This document shows, in pieces, positions 60,561-64,000 of a DNA stretch of 64,000 nt. Both the position numbers and the translations under genes were made by a program. The number at the start of each line of letters is the position of its first letter. Positions within the stretch are counted from its first letter, which is position 1. Source of the stretch: Amoebophrya sp. A120 (Eukaryota; Protista; Dinoflagellata). The notes below the pieces were generated by a model that saw only the letters and a program-made list of their open reading frames with translations, was not told the origin of the DNA and did no database searches. Where the stretch lies: positions 274,722-338,721 of the forward strand of contig CAJINV010000023.1 of the NCBI GenBank assembly GCA_905178155.1. The letters run 5' to 3'.

Positions 60561-62276
60561 AGCAGTTGCTGTACCCTCGACAACTGATAGGTAAAGTAGG
60601 GTCTTTTAATTCGACGAAAGAAAACGAAAGCCAAGAATTTAGTACTACTCCGTGTACAATGTAGTTCTTTCGTGAAGAAGATAGGCGAGCCTGATACCTT
60701 CAGGCTAGGAAGAATTTATTGACACTCGAAAAAATTGTACGATACTTGCTTAGCACAAGTGTGGAGATATAGTAGCACTACCTGACGTCGGATCACTCCA
60801 AAATGTACAACCTGACTCTGCGTTTTACTTTTTGTGTCTCTTAACTACATTTGAATTGCCGTATTGTTTCCATAATCTAACCGTGTTTCTAGTAGCCTGT
60901 GAATTCGATTTTAGCTATTAAACTTCGTATAGTAAAAGCGTCTGTAGTCACATCAACCCGCACGTTGATGATATGGCTTGGACCTGTCCGTGGTGTTATC
61001 TATCATTTGACTCCGACCGTTTGAATTATTCGACAAAATATTTCTGACAAAAGTATCAAAAGCTACAAGTAGGTACTATCGATTGCCAATTTTTTTCTGC
61101 CGAATTTGAAACAAAGTAGTGTTTTGTGTTGCCAATTATCATGTAAAAGTGCGAAGAAAAGTCCGCATGCGCAGCGGACCGCTTTTGGTGCAGGTCATGC
61201 ACAAAAAGCTGACAAATATTTATCCGTCCTATTCTAACGTTTCTTAACAACAACTATAGGTAGCAACTCTTTTGTCTTGATTGAATTTCGACTCTTCTTG
61301 TATTTATTACCGTGCTTAGCTCGATATTGGAGCCAGTTGTGATCTCTTTTGGAAACTATTTCGCGAACCTGTATAGTATGACGACATCGATGGCAAGTTG
61401 AGCTCTCGTTTCAAAGAGCATTGTACATATTGCATTGATAAAAAGAAAAATGAAACCTAGTCGACCTGTTATTCTGATGTCGAACAGGCCTCATAAAGTT
61501 GTCAGTGGCTTCCGAAACAAAAACTATCGTTCCTGTTCGCCTCTCACCACAGCATTGCGATCTCATGAAATTACGTGTTTCGATTTTTTTGCTTTGTCCC
61601 TTCGTTGTCATGCTGGTAGTTTCCTGATCCGCCTGATGTCGCTTTTGATATTTTTACAGAGATTGATGGTTCATTTGGTTTTGGAAGATCCTTTTAGTAC
61701 ATTTTTCACAAAGAAGGCGAAACGCAAACGGATCAGAATCCTTTAGTGTGCAGATCAAAAGAATTATGGGTGGTCCTCCGGCGAATTAAACGCGTAGGAT
61801 AGATTTCCGTCCTTCCGCTGGTGTTAAGCACGTACCAGCAGATCATGCACAGTTTTTCTTTTTGTTTTTTCGTCAATCACGATAAAAATGATTTTCCTCT
61901 AGGCTTGCGCTTGTGAAGTAAGACATACAAAAGTGAGCAAGTGTCTGAGCTTGTGGGTACTTCGTTTTGAGTTTTTTCTGCGAAAAATCTAAAGATGCGA
62001 CAAGAACTCTTCTCCGCTGTGACAGCGCCTGTATAAGGCCGTCAGAAATAAACGCAGTGTACGACGGGGCCGCTGACGCGTCTAGGCGGCATCCTGTTGT
62101 GAAAGAAGCCAGAAGTAAATGAATTTGGGCAGCTCTTCCTGTGCCTTTTTGCCGTAATCGTCGAGCCGTGAAAATTGAAAGGCATTACATTATGTGTAGT
62201 TAAAGATGCCAAGAAAAAACCGGTCCGGCAAAAATGTTGATCACGACCAATCGCTGCGACCAGAGATTATCCCAAA

Positions 62277-63896
62277 TTGGGGTGCTTCACGACGACTAGC
62301 GTGAAGATGATGAGCGGTCACGAGCATCATAGAGCGATGTCTATTGAAAAATGCTCGAGTGTATGCACATCGCCTCCGCGGGCCGTCCGGACGAACACGG
62401 GCAACGAAGGTGGTGGTACGGCGGCGACCTCCCCGGCGGCGGTTACCGCGGTGGACAAGGTCGGTTTGGCCGTGGCCCCCACTTGCACTTTTATTGCGCC
62501 GAATAAAAGCAGCGGAGGTCTAGGTCGTGTTGGCGGACGCGCTACCGTGGACGAGGAGATGAGGATAGAAAACGCAGAGATGATGCCCGAATCGATGAAG
62601 GGCATGATGAAGAAGAGATGGAAAGCCAGAAGATTATCGCTTCTGCCCTGTGGTACCATGAAGGTCATCAAGGTGGTCGACTACTTCGAGGATTCCGCCT
62701 CCGTTACCAGGACCAGCACAACCAACGAGAGTTCATTGCGTCTACCTGCTTTTCATCGTGCATACCAACCGCGAGGCATTTCAGCAGAAGAGCAAGAGCG
62801 CGTTAGCCAAGTTCTTCGAGATGGCGGAGGTGGCCCACACCACTGCCCCGCCAGGCCAAGAGCATGTCGCAGGAGCTGTTGCAGTGCCACGACTCGAGCA
62901 GGACAACGTTTCGGTGCGGCAGCGGCGACTGCTTCATCTTTGCCACGCAGGGCGTGTAGCTCGTCGTCACGGGGAGGTGGAATTCCGCGGTGTCAACAAC
63001 ATCCTGGGAGCTGGAGTATCAAATACCGAAAACTGATCGCGCAAGAACGCGTTACAAAGTACGCGTGCGTAGCGTCGTCTACATTCTTAAAGCATGACGA
63101 GAAAAAGAAAACACAGTGCGACGACATGGGCTTTGTGTATGGGTGTGTGGTCGCCGACGTGGCGGTTTTTCATTCGTTAAGTGTAAGAACCAGAGGTGGC
63201 ATGTTCTTTGACATTTTCTGCTCGTCCACCAGCAAGTTTTCGATTCCATATCACCACTGCATAGATGTTTGCTGCTCTTGCTCACCGTGCAGTGGTACGA
63301 CATCACAGACTTCTTGTTCTGCCCTTTTGCACCACCATCGCGGGGGCCGTGGGGAGATGAGGACATGAGCTGCACTTCATCGAGACCTTCGACTGCTGCG
63401 TCGACACGACCCGCAACTACAAGGCACGACCAGGGCGAAGATGATCATCTCCAAGGAGAGTTGTGCGTAGTTGGTCGTGCTAGAACTACAACTACGAAAC
63501 TCCTCCCGCGGAGGAATACCGACATCACACGACCACCTTCGACAACGACATCAGCCTGCTCGTATAGTAACACCTTCGGTGCAGCAGGAGCACACGCTAT
63601 AACGCTCACTCGCCTCGGACACCGGGTGCAGATGAAGACCAAGCTTCAGCCACGCGGCGTGGGAGCTGCGCGTGCCGCAGCTGCGAAGAGCAGCAGAGAA
63701 GGAAGTGCTACAGGTGGTCGTGGTGGAGGCACGACGATGAGGACGGCCGCAGGAGCATCAAATTCAGGGTCACCCGGGCGGAGGAAGGACAAGGACTCGT
63801 CGTCGTCGTCCGACAAGGCCAAAAATCCAGCGCCCTCGAAAAATAAAACGAACCCGGCTGCTGTAGTGCCCATGGAGGTCGTCGACGATCAGCTGC
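62277..63896 (+). CDS. Hypothetical protein, 5' part (exon structure unresolved, runs off the window)
   Basis: Long + strand ORFs 62277-63368 and 63269-63934, low-complexity S/T/A/G-rich. A probable introner left end (tatcccgtgaaaaa, with gcatgaca downstream) starts at 63897. Confidence 0.4.
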
Positions 63897-64000
63897 TATC
63901 CCGTGAAAAATTTCACAAATTTAATGCAAAATAAAGGATGATCGCAGACATGCATGACAGATTTGGATCTCGTGTTTTGCATTCTGGTTTTTATTTGGTA

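Noticed and set aside
1-64000. Autonomous transposase or reverse transcriptase for the introners
   Set aside because: No DDE, RT or tyrosine-recombinase motifs were recognised in any ORF of the window.

Overview
Eukaryotic, intron-rich DNA. It is most likely a dinoflagellate-lineage parasite (Amoebophrya/Syndiniales-like), inferred from an exact 22-nt dinoflagellate spliced-leader sequence at 49061-49082, co-oriented genes and abundant non-canonical introns. The dominant feature is a set of about 33 elements bounded by TAT...ATA terminal inverted repeats (TIRs) and 5-bp target-site duplications (TSDs), in at least four sequence families. Removing an element plus one TSD copy repeatedly restores reading frames and conserved motifs. 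This joins scattered ORFs into an ankyrin+PDZ-like gene (51193-60560, 18 such introns), a GT-A glycosyltransferase-like gene (30761-~34781, 5) and a TraB/ChaN-like gene (41722-~45155, 4). The elements therefore behave as DNA-transposon-derived introns (introners). IR/DR-bounded introners have already been reported in Amoebophrya genomes, so the class itself is not new. Details visible here may be less explored: both orientations are tolerated, TSD mismatches create GT or AG half-sites, a shared TGTNATGC motif also occurs in GT-AG introns, and two larger 453-bp and 1231-bp relatives are present. Other content: three arrays of a 308-bp satellite with an internal 17-bp inverted motif alternating with genes, a pair of paralogous membrane-protein genes, a RAP-domain gene, a protein kinase fragment, and an intronic exon duplication carrying a templated double-hairpin insertion. 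All gene models were assembled by eye, with no RNA evidence.
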